DNA of 63,051 bases, filler included, from Stramenopiles sp. TOSAG23-6 (taxonomy: Eukaryota), in the NCBI GenBank assembly GCA_900128565.1. It is 9 parts of 9 records of this genome, joined end to end, with 100 filler letters (N's around TTAATTAATTAA, not from the genome) between each part and the next. Parts side by side here need not be neighbours in the genome. Positions count along the whole stretch, not along the records: positions 7,048 to 13,992 come from LT636627.1; positions 14,093 to 21,026 come from LT636628.1; positions 21,127 to 28,057 come from LT636629.1; 6 more parts are not named here. The stretch is one strand, 5' to 3'. Both the position numbers and the translations under genes were made by a program. The notes under the pieces were generated by a model that was given only the letters and a program-made list of their open reading frames with translations, was not told where the DNA came from and did no database searches. Of the stretch, positions 11,769-23,248 are shown piece after piece (positions within the stretch are counted from its first letter, which is position 1; each line of letters begins with the position of its first letter).

Positions 11769-12416
11769 CTAACGAATACACGAAAACATAGATAGTTCTA
11801 CCGTTTTGAATTCCGGGAGATGTTTTGTTTTAGTCACACTCAATCTAGGACCAAACACTTTCATTTGGCGTATATGTGTATCTCTTCCATTTTGATGCAT
11901 AGCCTGAACTGCTACTTGAAGTAAGTGTGTCCTTAAATTTTCTTGTGAAAGGTCTACAGTAATCCAACCATTTGGTTCTTCTAGTTCTAATAGATGAATC
12001 TCTTCTAAATCATGGAAAGTGTTACCGGCTTTTACTGATATGCGCTTTGGAGTATAACTTTCGTCCATTTTATGATCTAAATAGAACGAAATTTCGTGAA
12101 TCGACATTTTCTTCTGGAATTGTATATTAACTAGATGCGGCTGTGTTCCATCAGATTGCCAATATGTATCTACATTATCATCACGTAACTGGTCTACACC
12201 ATTGCCTGGTTTTGCAGTTGACAATGACCAAACAGCTTCCACGCCCACCTCACGGCGTATCGAGCTTGCAGAACCACCGTTGCCAGATTTCTCCAGTGCC
12301 TTGACGGCAGAGTCATGATGTGTAGGTGAAGATATTGAAGCAGCAGTTGGTGATTGAGCGCCTGTAGCTGGTGTATCTCTATCAGGAGATACTAATTGGG
12401 GTGGTGGTGTCATCAT
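11769..12416 (-). CDS. ANAPC10: Anaphase-promoting complex subunit 10 (DOC1)
   Basis: WSLSTAKPGNGVDQLRDD..TYWQSDGTQPH..DESYTP..HQNGRDTHIRQ, C-terminal IR tail. Confidence 0.97.
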   Translation of the reverse strand: MMTPPPQLVSPDRDTPATGAQSPTAASISSPTHHDSAVKALEKSGNGGSASSIRREVGVEAVWSLSTAKPGNGVDQLRDDNVDTYWQSDGTQPHLVNIQFQKKMSIHEISFYLDHKMDESYTPKRISVKAGNTFHDLEEIHLLELEEPNGWITVDLSQENLRTHLLQVAVQAMHQNGRDTHIRQMKVFGPRLSVTKTKHLPEFKTVELSMFSCIR

Positions 12417-12532
12417 ATTGAAGATGACACAATGATATGTAATTCAAACTTTAGATGAAGAAGAAATTTAGCAATTTTATTCACTTTTTCGAATTTAATT
12501 CGAAGACCAAAATTTAATTGACCTCAATTTGA

Positions 12533-12575
12533 AAAACCCTAACCCTAACTAANCATTAGTTAGGGTTAGGGTTTT
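12533..12575. promoter_or_regulatory. 20-bp perfect inverted repeat of telomere-like (CCCTAA) units in the divergent APC10/RPN13 promoter
   Basis: AAAACCCTAACCCTAACTAA-NCA-TTAGTTAGGGTTAGGGTTTT. Confidence 0.5.
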
Positions 12576-12670
12576 GCTCCAATTAAAAAATATTTCGAAG
12601 TTTCGACTTCGAGCTCCGACTCTTCTTAATAGTAAAATATTTGCTAAAATTGGAGGAAGGATCATTTGAG

Positions 12671-13603
12671 ATGGATTCTACTGCGACGACATTATTTCCC
12701 GCATCAGCTACCGCTGGTGCTGACAATTCTTTAGTGAAATTTAAAGCGGGAAAGATGAGCCACACTAAAGTCGCTGGTGAGAATAAATATAAAGTTGTAT
12801 CAGATCACACCAAAGGTTTCGTCTTTATGGAGCGAGATGTATCTGGGTTAATGCACCTGAAGTGGTGTGAAAGAGATAGCCTTACTGTTGCTCCAGGGGA
12901 TGATCAAGTTGTTATAGCTGGTGACCAGACTTTTAAGAAAGTTGAGACAGGTGTGGCCTCTGATCGTGTTTATCTTTTACAGTACAAAAACAGTTCACGT
13001 CGGTTCTTCTATTGGATGCAAGAACCCGATTCCACTAAGGACGAAGCAAATGTCAAGAAGCTTTGTGAATTAATTGGTCAGACTGAAGCTGCTGCTCCGA
13101 CATCAAGTTTACAGTCTATTCTAGCTGGTATGACTTCTACTGCAAGTAACGACAGTACGTCAACAACCGATTCTGTAGCCAGCCTTAATAACGATGCTTT
13201 GGCGCTCGCCATGGCTGAAGCCATGGGTCAAATGCAAGTGCAACACGAAGAACCCGTCCCATTGCAAGATATATTAAGACATCCTGATGTCACTACATCC
13301 TTACAAACACCAGAAATGCAAAATGAACTTGTGTCCTTGCTTCCTGAAGGCTTGCAAACAACAGAAGAGTTAGAAAATTCTCTGCGAACTCCGCAATTAC
13401 AACAAGCTGTTGGGCGTCTCTCTGGAGCTCTTCAGTCTTCTAATATAAATACCGTAATGGTTAATTTTAACCTTGATCCTGCTGCTGGCGCTGATCATCT
13501 TGCTCGTGGTGATGGTGTTGGGGCATTCATAGCGGCTGTTCAGCAACAGGCTGACGCTGAGAAGGAAGATTCTGAAGAAGAAGCGATGGACGAAAAAGAA
13601 TAG
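12671..13603 (+). CDS. RPN13: Proteasome ubiquitin receptor RPN13/ADRM1
   Basis: Pru domain (FKAGKM..RVYLLQY..RFFYWMQE) and DEUBAD (LRTPQLQQAVGRLSGALQS). Confidence 0.95.
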   Translation: MDSTATTLFPASATAGADNSLVKFKAGKMSHTKVAGENKYKVVSDHTKGFVFMERDVSGLMHLKWCERDSLTVAPGDDQVVIAGDQTFKKVETGVASDRVYLLQYKNSSRRFFYWMQEPDSTKDEANVKKLCELIGQTEAAAPTSSLQSILAGMTSTASNDSTSTTDSVASLNNDALALAMAEAMGQMQVQHEEPVPLQDILRHPDVTTSLQTPEMQNELVSLLPEGLQTTEELENSLRTPQLQQAVGRLSGALQSSNINTVMVNFNLDPAAGADHLARGDGVGAFIAAVQQQADAEKEDSEEEAMDEKE

Positions 13604-13857
13604 TCTGAATAAAAAGAAATTATTCGTGTAATCATGTATTATCTACATTTTTCATTTCATAATCTGAACTTTTTCTTAACATATTATAAAATAAAAGTGA
13701 AGAAACAAAAGTCTAAAATTCAATTAAAATTTACCACAATTTCGCAACTACAAATTGTAAAAAACAATTTGAAAATTTGAAAAATCAACGTCTATGTTTT
13801 ATAACATTGTTAAATTTTGGAATAATATATTAAATGTCTACATAGGTATTGTATAAT

Positions 13858-13940
13858 TAGTCAACAGCTTTGATAGATGCTCTTGCCTGTGCCAGATGAC
13901 GTAATAGTACACGTGTCTTCGAACCATTGTTATGCTTCAC
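13858..13940 (-). CDS. Terminal exon of an unidentified gene following a truncated family intron
   Basis: ...CCAAAAAACAT|GTG AAG CAT... reads VKHNNGSKTRVLLRHLAQARASIKAVD*. Confidence 0.45.
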
Positions 13941-14092
13941 ATGTTTTTTGGAAAAATATTTCAAAAAAAAATTGTTAGGTACAAAATTTCGTNNNNNNNN
14001 NNNNNNNNNNNNNNNNNNNNNNNNNNNNNNNNNNNNTTAATTAATTAANNNNNNNNNNNNNNNNNNNNNNNNNNNNNNNNNNNNNNNNNNNN

Positions 14093-14979
14093 AAAAATAT
14101 TTCAAAAAAAAAATCGTTAGGTACAAAATTTTTAAAAAAAAAAAAAAGAATTTGAAAAAAAATAAAACATACATATCACCACCTTCAGATGAAACGTCGC
14201 CAAATTTCATTAAAACATTATTTAAAGATGTTACAAGACAGATATTGTGAAAAAATATGTTACATTTGAAATTCGTTAGTAAAAAAAAAAAATCTTGGAA
14301 AATAAATAAATTTGAAAGTAATGATGAAAAAGTACAATCCTTTGATATACCATATGGATCATCAGGAGGAGGTGTAAATGTGATTGGAAAATAACATGCT
14401 GCAATGTCAAAAAGTTCCTCAACAGCACCTGAAGTTAATTTGCAATTTGTAGTCTGAGGTTCATTTCGATTCACTGAAATAGTTAAAACTGAAAAAATTA
14501 GGCGAAGACAAACAACAAGACACCGAGGATCTTTTTCACCTTCAATGGCTCGGCAAATACCGAATGCTAAAGTGTCTCCCATATCTGATAAAGACCATAT
14601 ATCGTTTGGTTCACTACAACTTTTCAAAATATTCTTTGAATCTCCACCAAACAAACTTAATAAAAAATCAAATACTTGCTGTCGTAATAACTGTTTTAAC
14701 TGAGGTACATGAACTTCATTAAATATTGTAGTCACAATTTCAATTACAGCAGTCCTTGGAAGGAGTACAACTCGATTTGGTAAAGACAATAACGACGATA
14801 AAGCCTCTAAAGATGGTCCCAAGGAGTCCAAGTATTTGCACAAGCGCTTCATACGTTACAGCACCGGATTTTAATTCTGATATTATCACAGTCAATGCAT
14901 CCTGTCGCTCAGTCTCTGTTTTAGGTGGTGTTGAAATGTAATCCTCTATCGCGGCATTGAATGTAACTTCAACGGCCAT
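14093..14979 (-). CDS. MMS19: MMS19 N-terminal region (3' partial; frame break near 14825; introns 14240-14335 and from 14172)
   Basis: IEGEKDPRCL..F and ELFDIAACYFPITFTPPPDDPYGI motifs. Confidence 0.88.
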
Positions 14980-15244
14980 ACTCTTTCAATTGATTACAAG
15001 AAAATGAACTTATTTATCAAAACTGAAACCCGAGATGTAGTTTATTGAAACAGCAACAAAGTGGTGCAGAAAGAATACAGTAGCTAGTAATAGCCTAATA
15101 TTGAGTCAGTTTGTTTGACCCAATCCCCATCGAACCAAAATTCAACACGTGTCGCGATGATTTCGATGTTTGTGTGGTCACCTAATATCCTAGCGAAGTA
15201 TTGAAGTTGGTCAATTGAAATATATTATTCATTGTCTACGCTAA

Positions 15245-16489
15245 ATGGATAAGCAATCCATCAACCTTCAATGCATAAGTGGAAGTACAACGTACGATAT
15301 TTCACAACATAATGAACGGTCAATTTCGAATAACCCCAGTGGCCGTAACACTAAAGCAAGTTATAAAATGACTGTAAATGCAATAGCTTCAGCTAACTCT
15401 AGACTAAACGTTGAGGACGATGAAGCACTTGTTTTTGCCTTATCATGCTTTGAAGGAAGTCGCTGGTCGGGCCAATTGCAATTGCGTGCATTTAAACATA
15501 ATGAGGGGAGTGCTACTTTTCCACTTTTGATTGATCCAATAGATATACACTGTGGTGTCGCGGATGTTGCGTGGCTCGAATCAAACACTTTGAACAAAGC
15601 CAGTCACAGCCTGGATAATAGACAGTTTGTTGCAGGGTGTGATGATGGATTGATTAGAGTATGGAAAATAACAGTGAATGATGCGGCAGATACGAATGAC
15701 ATTGAAGTGAATCTTCAAGTTGAGTTAAAAGCTCATCACCATATTATAAGCTGTGTGGAATCGTTAAAGCCTCCATCTGTTGGAAGTGTGCCTTATTTAT
15801 TGAGTGGCAGTGAAGACTGTCACATTAAACTATGGAATATGGAAACTCGGGAACTTATTGCTGATTGTAATACACATTGTGGAGCCATTACTGGATTGTC
15901 ATGGAATCCTTTTTATTCTACAAACGAACCAAACGAAAATATACTTCAGTTTATGTCAATTTCTCGTGATTCTTTTTTATATATTTGGGAATTTTCGTTG
16001 TGTGAGAATAAAACGTACCAAATAGGTAAAAAGTGTTTTGCTACTACACCCACTGCCATTTGTTGGGGCGAGGATAATAGATGTGCAGTAGGCACTGCAT
16101 CTGGTGACGTCATACAACTGAATGTAAACGTACAGAAAGAACAAAGCATTACAGAAATCAAAGTCATAACAGAAAACAAATTTCTTCATAAAGGCCAAAT
16201 ATGTAAAATAGCATATGGTCCAAGAAAACTACTCGCTGTAGCTTCTGACGACTCAACTGTATCTATTATATGTAGTAAAAAAATAGTATCAAATGATGGA
16301 ATGAATATTGAAGAAGAACAACAACAAAATGATAAATTTGATACTAAAATAGTACAAACTATAAAAAAGCATAAGGATTATGTACGAAGTGTACTTTGGT
16401 TAAATACGAGAAATAATACACATTTTGATGAATGTATGACGGCTAGTTGGGATAATACAGTTCAAGTTATACAAGTAGTGAATAAATAA
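15245..16489 (+). CDS. WDR77: WD40 protein, methylosome protein MEP50/WDR77-like
   Basis: LSCFEGSRWSGQL, GVADVAWL, HKDYVRSVLW..TASWDNTV resemble MEP50; start uncertain. Confidence 0.7.
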   Translation: MDKQSINLQCISGSTTYDISQHNERSISNNPSGRNTKASYKMTVNAIASANSRLNVEDDEALVFALSCFEGSRWSGQLQLRAFKHNEGSATFPLLIDPIDIHCGVADVAWLESNTLNKASHSLDNRQFVAGCDDGLIRVWKITVNDAADTNDIEVNLQVELKAHHHIISCVESLKPPSVGSVPYLLSGSEDCHIKLWNMETRELIADCNTHCGAITGLSWNPFYSTNEPNENILQFMSISRDSFLYIWEFSLCENKTYQIGKKCFATTPTAICWGEDNRCAVGTASGDVIQLNVNVQKEQSITEIKVITENKFLHKGQICKIAYGPRKLLAVASDDSTVSIICSKKIVSNDGMNIEEEQQQNDKFDTKIVQTIKKHKDYVRSVLWLNTRNNTHFDECMTASWDNTVQVIQVVNK

Positions 16490-16677
16490 TTACTTCTTTT
16501 ATTACAGTGTAATGTATAAAATAAATGAAGTTTGAAAATTTGAAATTACTTTTGATCGAATTAATTAGGGTTGTTGTAGTATAGTTAGCCAAGTTATTGG
16601 ATCTACCCACGTACAACACGAAATCAAAAGAAATCGCGAATAATAATTGAAAACGTCGGTTGAGTTTTGCTTTTTGC

Positions 16678-16714
16678 AAAATAGCCGTTAAAATTGAAGC
16701 AGAGCCTTCAATCG
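16678..16714 (+). promoter_or_regulatory. Shared upstream element; second copy at 17993-18027
   Basis: AAAATAGCCGTTAAAATTGAAG(C)AGAGCC(C)TTCAATCG near-identical upstream of two genes. Confidence 0.5.
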
Positions 16715-16902
16715 AGCTTCCGTACTAATTAGGTACGAAAAACACGTCGGTTACTTTTTCTGCTTGTTTTCCTTAAAAGTGTGTTTGTCTTTCTTGTTAT
16801 TTACAATATCTTGTACTTTACTATTGTTCTCTTTACGCTTGTTTCGTATTTCTATCCATTTACAACAAACCAAAACAAAACAAAGGCATAACAACAAGAA
16901 CA

Positions 16903-17508
16903 ATGTTTTCAAAAAAACTCTTCATCATTCTGCTTCTCTCTGCTTTGGCAACCTCTTCGGCGCTTTCGCGTACAGAAAAACAACAAGCGTCTCAACGGTC
17001 TCAACTCCGTCTGCGTAGCCGCACAACGGGATATTTCTCTGACAAAGTGAAGAGTGTCAAAGACAGGATGTCCAACTTTTTTGGAAGAGCTCACGGAAAA
17101 GTCAAAGAAAAAGCAGGAGAATTTGCTCAAGGAGCAAGAGCACTCTTTCAAACTCTTTCCGATGCAAAGAAAAAGATGTTGACTCAGATCAAAGAGAGTA
17201 TCAGACAGATGAGTGATAAAACTGTCAAAGAAGTGAGAGTCCAATTTTCCGGGTCTGACGAGGAAGTCAAGGAAGCAGTGGAAGCAATGTCTAACGAAAT
17301 TACGAAAAGAGTCACGGATTTTGCTCTTGAACAGGGATTTGCAGAAGGAATGAGAGGAGGAGGTTTTTCTTTTGGCAAATCACGCCGGCGCCAATCACCA
17401 ACCAAGAGGGGAGGACTTTTCAATCATTTCACAAGCAAGGTGAAGAACTTCGCAACTGAAGCTGGGGAAATGGCCGGGGAATATATGAACAATCGTCGCA
17501 GGCATTGA
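16903..17508 (+). CDS. Secreted hypothetical helical protein
   Basis: Signal-peptide-like MFSKKLFIILLLSALATSSA; intronless 201 aa. Confidence 0.75.
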   Translation: MFSKKLFIILLLSALATSSALSRTEKQQASQRSQLRLRSRTTGYFSDKVKSVKDRMSNFFGRAHGKVKEKAGEFAQGARALFQTLSDAKKKMLTQIKESIRQMSDKTVKEVRVQFSGSDEEVKEAVEAMSNEITKRVTDFALEQGFAEGMRGGGFSFGKSRRRQSPTKRGGLFNHFTSKVKNFATEAGEMAGEYMNNRRRH

Positions 17509-18147
17509 TCTCTGTTGCAAGAACAACACTCTCTCTCTGTGGCAACAATTTTTCATGACAATTATTTGATTTGCAATATTTTTTTTACAAAATCTTTGAA
17601 AAAAATTTGTAATTGAACTATTTCAAATTGGATAAAAGTCTAAAATGTTGATGCATTATAAACAGTTTTTAAAATATTTAGAATAATAACGGTTGAAATT
17701 GGTGAAGCCATTTTTAACGTTATAAGTTAGTATTCTTATTTTAATATAAAAAACGATGGAACAAAACTGTAATGAGTTTGTTATTCTTTTTCATCCTAAC
17801 CCTAACCCTAGGACTTTTTCATTGAGAAATGAAGAATAATATATAAACTATCGCTCCATCCATTCTTGCTAAGTTGAGATAGTAACATTGTTTTACTATT
17901 ATTAAATCATAAATTGTCTACAGACACTTTTAAAGCAATTTTAAACTCATTTTATAACCACCAAAAAAAAAACGTCCCAAAAAAAATCTCTTAAAATAGC
18001 CGTTAAAATTGAAGAGCCCTTCAATCGGTCATCGCGGTCATCCATCGCGATTCGCGAATGGTTGGCCAAGTTGGCCCCAAAGTCCGGGGCCAGAAGCACG
18101 TTTGATTGACGAACGTTGCCATAATTACACATTTTACAACAAAGACA

Positions 18148-21026
18148 ATGAGTAGTGTGAAAGCTTTAATGAGAGATGCTAAGAAGGCATTTATGAATGA
18201 AGAATGGGTTACTGCATTAGAGTTGAGTAGCCAAGCACTTACATTATTGGGTCCCATCGAAACATGCAGTAACTTTGTCGCCCTTTCTGTTGCAGGTACA
18301 TCAGCTCTAAAATCACGTCAGCAACTACCTCAAGCTGCTCTATACCTGTCTACCGCTGCAAAGTTACAACCAGACAAACTATCTATATGGCGACATATAA
18401 TTGAGCTTTATGAGATGGAGCCGTTAAAGAATGGAAACGAGGCCAAACTCTTAGCTGCTTTACAAGAAGCTGTTCACCTTACAGCATCTAAACCAAAATT
18501 CTTATTAGGATATACAAAACACATGACAAGAGTTATGGTACAAATGGGTGATAGAATAGGTGGAATACGTGTTCTTTCGGATTTTGTAGAGAAAGCTACA
18601 AATATTTCTCGTCCCTGTCTAAGTACAGAATATAGTATGAAAGAGCAGCTTGAAATGCCAGTTATTCCAGAAACAATAAATCTTAGAAAAGCGTCAAACT
18701 TACTTGGTGCGTGGCAATATTTAGTAAAGTTACTTGAGGAAGAGTTAAACTTGAAATTCAAAGATTGGAAATCTGTATGTACAGTTCCGAAAATTCCCCC
18801 TTCACATGATAGCCAAGATGAAACGAGTCCAAGTAATATATATACAACATTGATTTCAAACGCTTCAGAGAAAATCGCAAACGAAATTCCTAAATTAGAT
18901 GACCAAGTGAGAAATTTAGTCCTTCTTTTATTTCGAAGCTATCACATATCTCAAAATCTCATTTTTATGACACAAAATGGCAAAGAAAATAATAATGAAG
19001 AAAATAATGGTAACAAACAAGAATTTTGTCTTGAATATTTTTCGTGTGTTAAATCAAAACTAAAATTATTAGTAAAACTTTTATATTCTGTCAAAAGCAA
19101 ATCTGATAAATTGGAAATTCGTTCTACAATTCTGATGTATTGTACTAAATATATAGAAAATGACCAAAATGGAAATAAAACTTTGAAAGTTTTCTGTGCT
19201 CGTCTAAAATTGTTTTTATCAGCTGTTGAATTCATTCCGACAACGAGGACACGTATGTTTTCATGCTGAATTTCAAATTTATATTTTTTTTTTCATACGA
19301 AATTCCGTACCTAACGATTTTTTTACTAAAAAAGAACAAAAAAAACAAAAAAAATATTTTTTCACAATGCATATGAAATTGCTCAATATGTAACACGTGA
19401 ACAGAAATGTTTTGATATTGTTGGAGAGTCTATAATATGTGCATTCAAGTATTATAATAATAATTTGAATAATAATAATAATGAAAATAATAATTTTCTT
19501 TCAAATGAAATTCATGATATGATTATTTTGGGCTGTGATAAACATTTTCATAGTTGTGAAATAATGGATACAAAATCAGTTGGTTCTCAATTTGGAATTA
19601 ATTCTTTGGCATCAGTCTCATCATATCTATTAATAGTATGCAAACAAAAACTTGAATCTATTGACGATATGCAGCCTGCAATGGGATGGTGTAATAAGGA
19701 AAATATTTCTTTACAATCAAAATTGGCAGAAGAAGTTCTCAAAATATCTGGATTTGGTTTATATTACTTATCTTTACATTGTCATGTTTGTGGGATTGAT
19801 GAAGAACAAAATGAACTTTTTTTTTTATTAAAGCTACAAAATGCTCAAGCTACTTTGATTTTGGGTCGTGTAGAGGAAGCGAAACATGTATTTAATAGTG
19901 TATATGAGTCAATTCAAAAGAGACAACAAATATTAGAAAATAATACTTTTGTAAATGATATATTGTGTGCAGTGACACTATCTGGTATAGCATCAGTTTC
20001 TCTTGAAAGATTGATTATTCATCAATATAAACAGCATAAAAATAATGAAACAATTGACGCATATCAATATAATGAAACTATTGAAAGCTTTCAGAGAGCA
20101 ATTTCAAAATGGAAAGTAGTACAACAAAGTGAAAATATTCATATAAAAAAGGGAATATGTACAACATTAAGTAGAGATTGGTGTTTTGGAACTTTAGGAT
20201 GGATTAAAAGTGAATTTTGTGATTTATCTTTATGGAATGATATTAGGACTGAAACAGTTGACATATTCCATCAGGCAATTAATATTATGACTCAATCACA
20301 TCATGTAGTACATAAAATTAAGATTGCAAGATATCATTGTAGGCTTGGTATTGTACTATGGAGATCTGGTGGTGATTTTCGTTCAAAACGTAATCAATGT
20401 TATTCTTCTTTATTGCAAGCCGCAAAGTTAGGAGGTAATAGTCCAGTAGCTGCTGACGCGTGGGCATATTTAGGACTTTTTTATGAGCATATTTCTCAGC
20501 CACCTGACACGAAAAGAGCGTTATGTTGTTATCAGCGTTCCGTTTCAATGTATGTACGTTTACATGATTTATTTCAATTTCAATTTTTTTTTTTTTTTCG
20601 TAAAAATATTTCATATCTAACAAAAATATATGTATATATATATATTCCAATACTATATTCTTCTGCATTGAGAGGTGCAGCGGGACAAAATCTGTGCCGG
20701 TTATTACTTTGCCAATTGAAAAACAGAGAACAAGAGCAAACAATTTTATCTTTGTGTTCTTCTGCAATAGAAAGAAATCTTCAATGCTTGTGGGCTTGGG
20801 CATCGCAAGCACGAATACAAATGCGAAGAAAACATTGGAATGATGCGATTAAAAGTTTACAATATGCATTACGAATATCACATAGTTCAAGCATTGGACT
20901 ATGGTATAATTTAGGTTCAGTGTATCTTCAGTGTGGCCGATTTTCATCTGCTTTAAAATGTCTAGAGCGAGCATGTATGTTTTATTTTTTTTCAAATTCG
21001 AATTTTTTTTTCGTACGAAATTTTGT
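18148..21026 (+). CDS. SKI3: TPR protein SKI3/TTC37 (3' partial; family introns 19253-19372, 20554-20658, from 20975)
   Basis: N-terminus VKALMRDAKKAF..AAKLQPDKLSIW; LLQAAKL..AWAYLGLFYE..KRALCCYQRS. Confidence 0.75.
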
Positions 21027-21126
21027 NNNNNNNNNNNNNNNNNNNNNNNNNNNNNNNNNNNNNNNNNNNNTTAATTAATTAANNNNNNNNNNNNNNNNNN
21101 NNNNNNNNNNNNNNNNNNNNNNNNNN

Positions 21127-22632
21127 AAAATTTTGTATGAAAAAAAAAATTAAATTGAAATTTTTTTTTTTTTTTTTTTTGTTAGGTACAAAATTTCGTA
21201 TGAAAAAAAAAAAACTTCAATATAAGATTGAATCGTAGTGACAAGATACATGAATATGATCTTTTAGCTGTTTTAACGACAATACACGGACGGTGTCTTT
21301 CTCCTCTTTTTGGTTCTTTTGGTTGTGCCTTGAGAAACTAGGGTTAGGGTTAGGAGTAGTGGATTTATTTTCAGTATTTTGTGTATTTCGTGTAGAATTC
21401 TTATTCAATTCAAGATTGGTACAAAGCTGTTTTAAACGACGATTTTCGGATAATAGTTTTTTTTGACTTTGTTGAAATTTTTCAGCTAAGATTTCCTTTT
21501 GTTCGGCCTTTTTTTTTGCGAAAATATTTCGGAAAAAAAAAAATGTTAGGTACAAAATTTCGTATGAAAAAAATATTGAAAATTCACAAAAAAAAAAAAA
21601 AAAAGTACGTGTATCTCGGCTTCTTTTTCAAGCATTTCAGCAGCTTGGAGAAGTTGTGATGTTTCTCTTTCTGCCCGAACAACCTCCGCATGAACATCAG
21701 CAACTCTTTGAGTATAATGCATTCGCATTTCTTCGATAACCCTACAAAAATCATGGAACAAACCTGTATGAACGGAGCGAAGTGTATTCCTGTACGAATG
21801 GATTATATATATTTTTTTTTGTACAATTTGTTAGGTACGAAATTTCGTACGAAAAAAAAAACAAAAAAAATTTCGTCAAACATTGAAAAAAAAATCTAAC
21901 CTACATGGCTGCGCCATAGTTTCCATTTGTATGTATTGTGTTTTTGCATAATTGTTCAAAACACAAATCATATAACTTATGCTTTGCAGAGAGTATACTA
22001 CTTTGTCGAAGAAAAGGATTTTTCATTTTACTTAACGTATTTGAGAGACTATCCATTGTTGATTGAACGTGGTTATCAAAAGTTTGAGTAATTTCACCCG
22101 TTGTTTCGTTATTATGTTGATTTGATCCTATTCCCGTTAATGATCCGTATAAAATTGCTACATCTTTTAGATCTTCTTGTGTCATAGAGATCTCTCTTTT
22201 TTGAATAGGATTAGGACGTTCGTCGGATCCATTTGTAATAAGAGACGTTCCTTCGTGAAGGTCGATATCATTGAGGACGTCGAGGAGTGGTAATTCACGA
22301 AATATTATCTCCTCCTCTTCAACGCTACCTACATGAATAGATAAAGTACGTAATCGAGGCAATGACTTTAGAGCATTAATGATTGTATGTACTTTGAAAA
22401 AGTTAGAAGAAATATCAAGACTTTCTAGCGCAGCTAGCCCAGAGAGGTCCGACGGCAACTCGGAAAGACGATTCCGAGATAAGTTTAGCTCACGAAGTTG
22501 TTCAAATTTTTCAAGCTGTTTAAGAATGTTTGGTAAATCTTGATTAGTTAATGCAGAGTACTCTAGACTTATAGATTGTGCCTTTGGTTTTGTTCTTAGT
22601 AACGAGGAAAGCTTTGCGTCTAAGTTCATCAT
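21127..22632 (-). CDS. Leucine-rich repeat plus coiled-coil protein (3' partial; introns 21790-21904, 21508-21608, from 21249)
   Basis: LRELNLSRNRLSELP, LESLDISSN; frames join via family introns ending in AG. Confidence 0.8.
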
Positions 22633-22665
22633 AGTAATGCAATATACGAGTGAAAAATTCAAATC

Positions 22666-22698
<33 letters not shown>

Positions 22699-22834
22699 TG
22701 TGATTCTCTTGAAGAAAAAAAAAATCAAAAAAAACGAATTTAAATTCAAACGCAAACGGAAAAAACGAAGAAAAAAATGATAAAAATTCGAAATTCAAAA
22801 TAAATTTAAGAACAAATGAAATCGGAAATCGCCG

Positions 22835-22942
22835 ACCGGCATCAAAAAAAAAGAATACTTATTTTTTATTTCTTTTTTGTATAATATTACCGGCATCAAA
22901 AAAAAAGAATACTTATTTTTTATTTCTTTTTTGTATAATATT
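22835..22942. repeat. Tandem duplication of about 54 bp
   Basis: ACCGGCATCAAAAAAAAAGAATACTTATTTTTTATTTCTTTTTTGTATAATATT twice. Confidence 0.85.
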
Positions 22943-23248
22943 CTTTCATAAATAACATTTTTTTTTGTTATTTTTGTATTATTTATGTATGGACAACCAC
23001 CATACATTCATTTATTTTGTCACTAGGAACATTTGCTCCTCCCCCACCAACACTTTTTTTTTATTTTTTTTTATTTTTTCCTTTTTTTTATTTTTGTTAT
23101 TTTTTTTGAGTATGATTTTTTTTTTCCGTACAAGTTTTTCTTTCATTGTAATAATAAACAAAAGTAACTTACGGGCCTTAATATTTTGCATATTTGTCGT
23201 AACTTAACCTGTCCAGATAGCCATCGCGTCAAAGAAAGGCATTCGTTT

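Noticed and set aside
16987-17022. RxLR-like effector motif (SQRSQLRLRSR)
   Set aside because: No exact RxLR-dEER arrangement; too weak to call.
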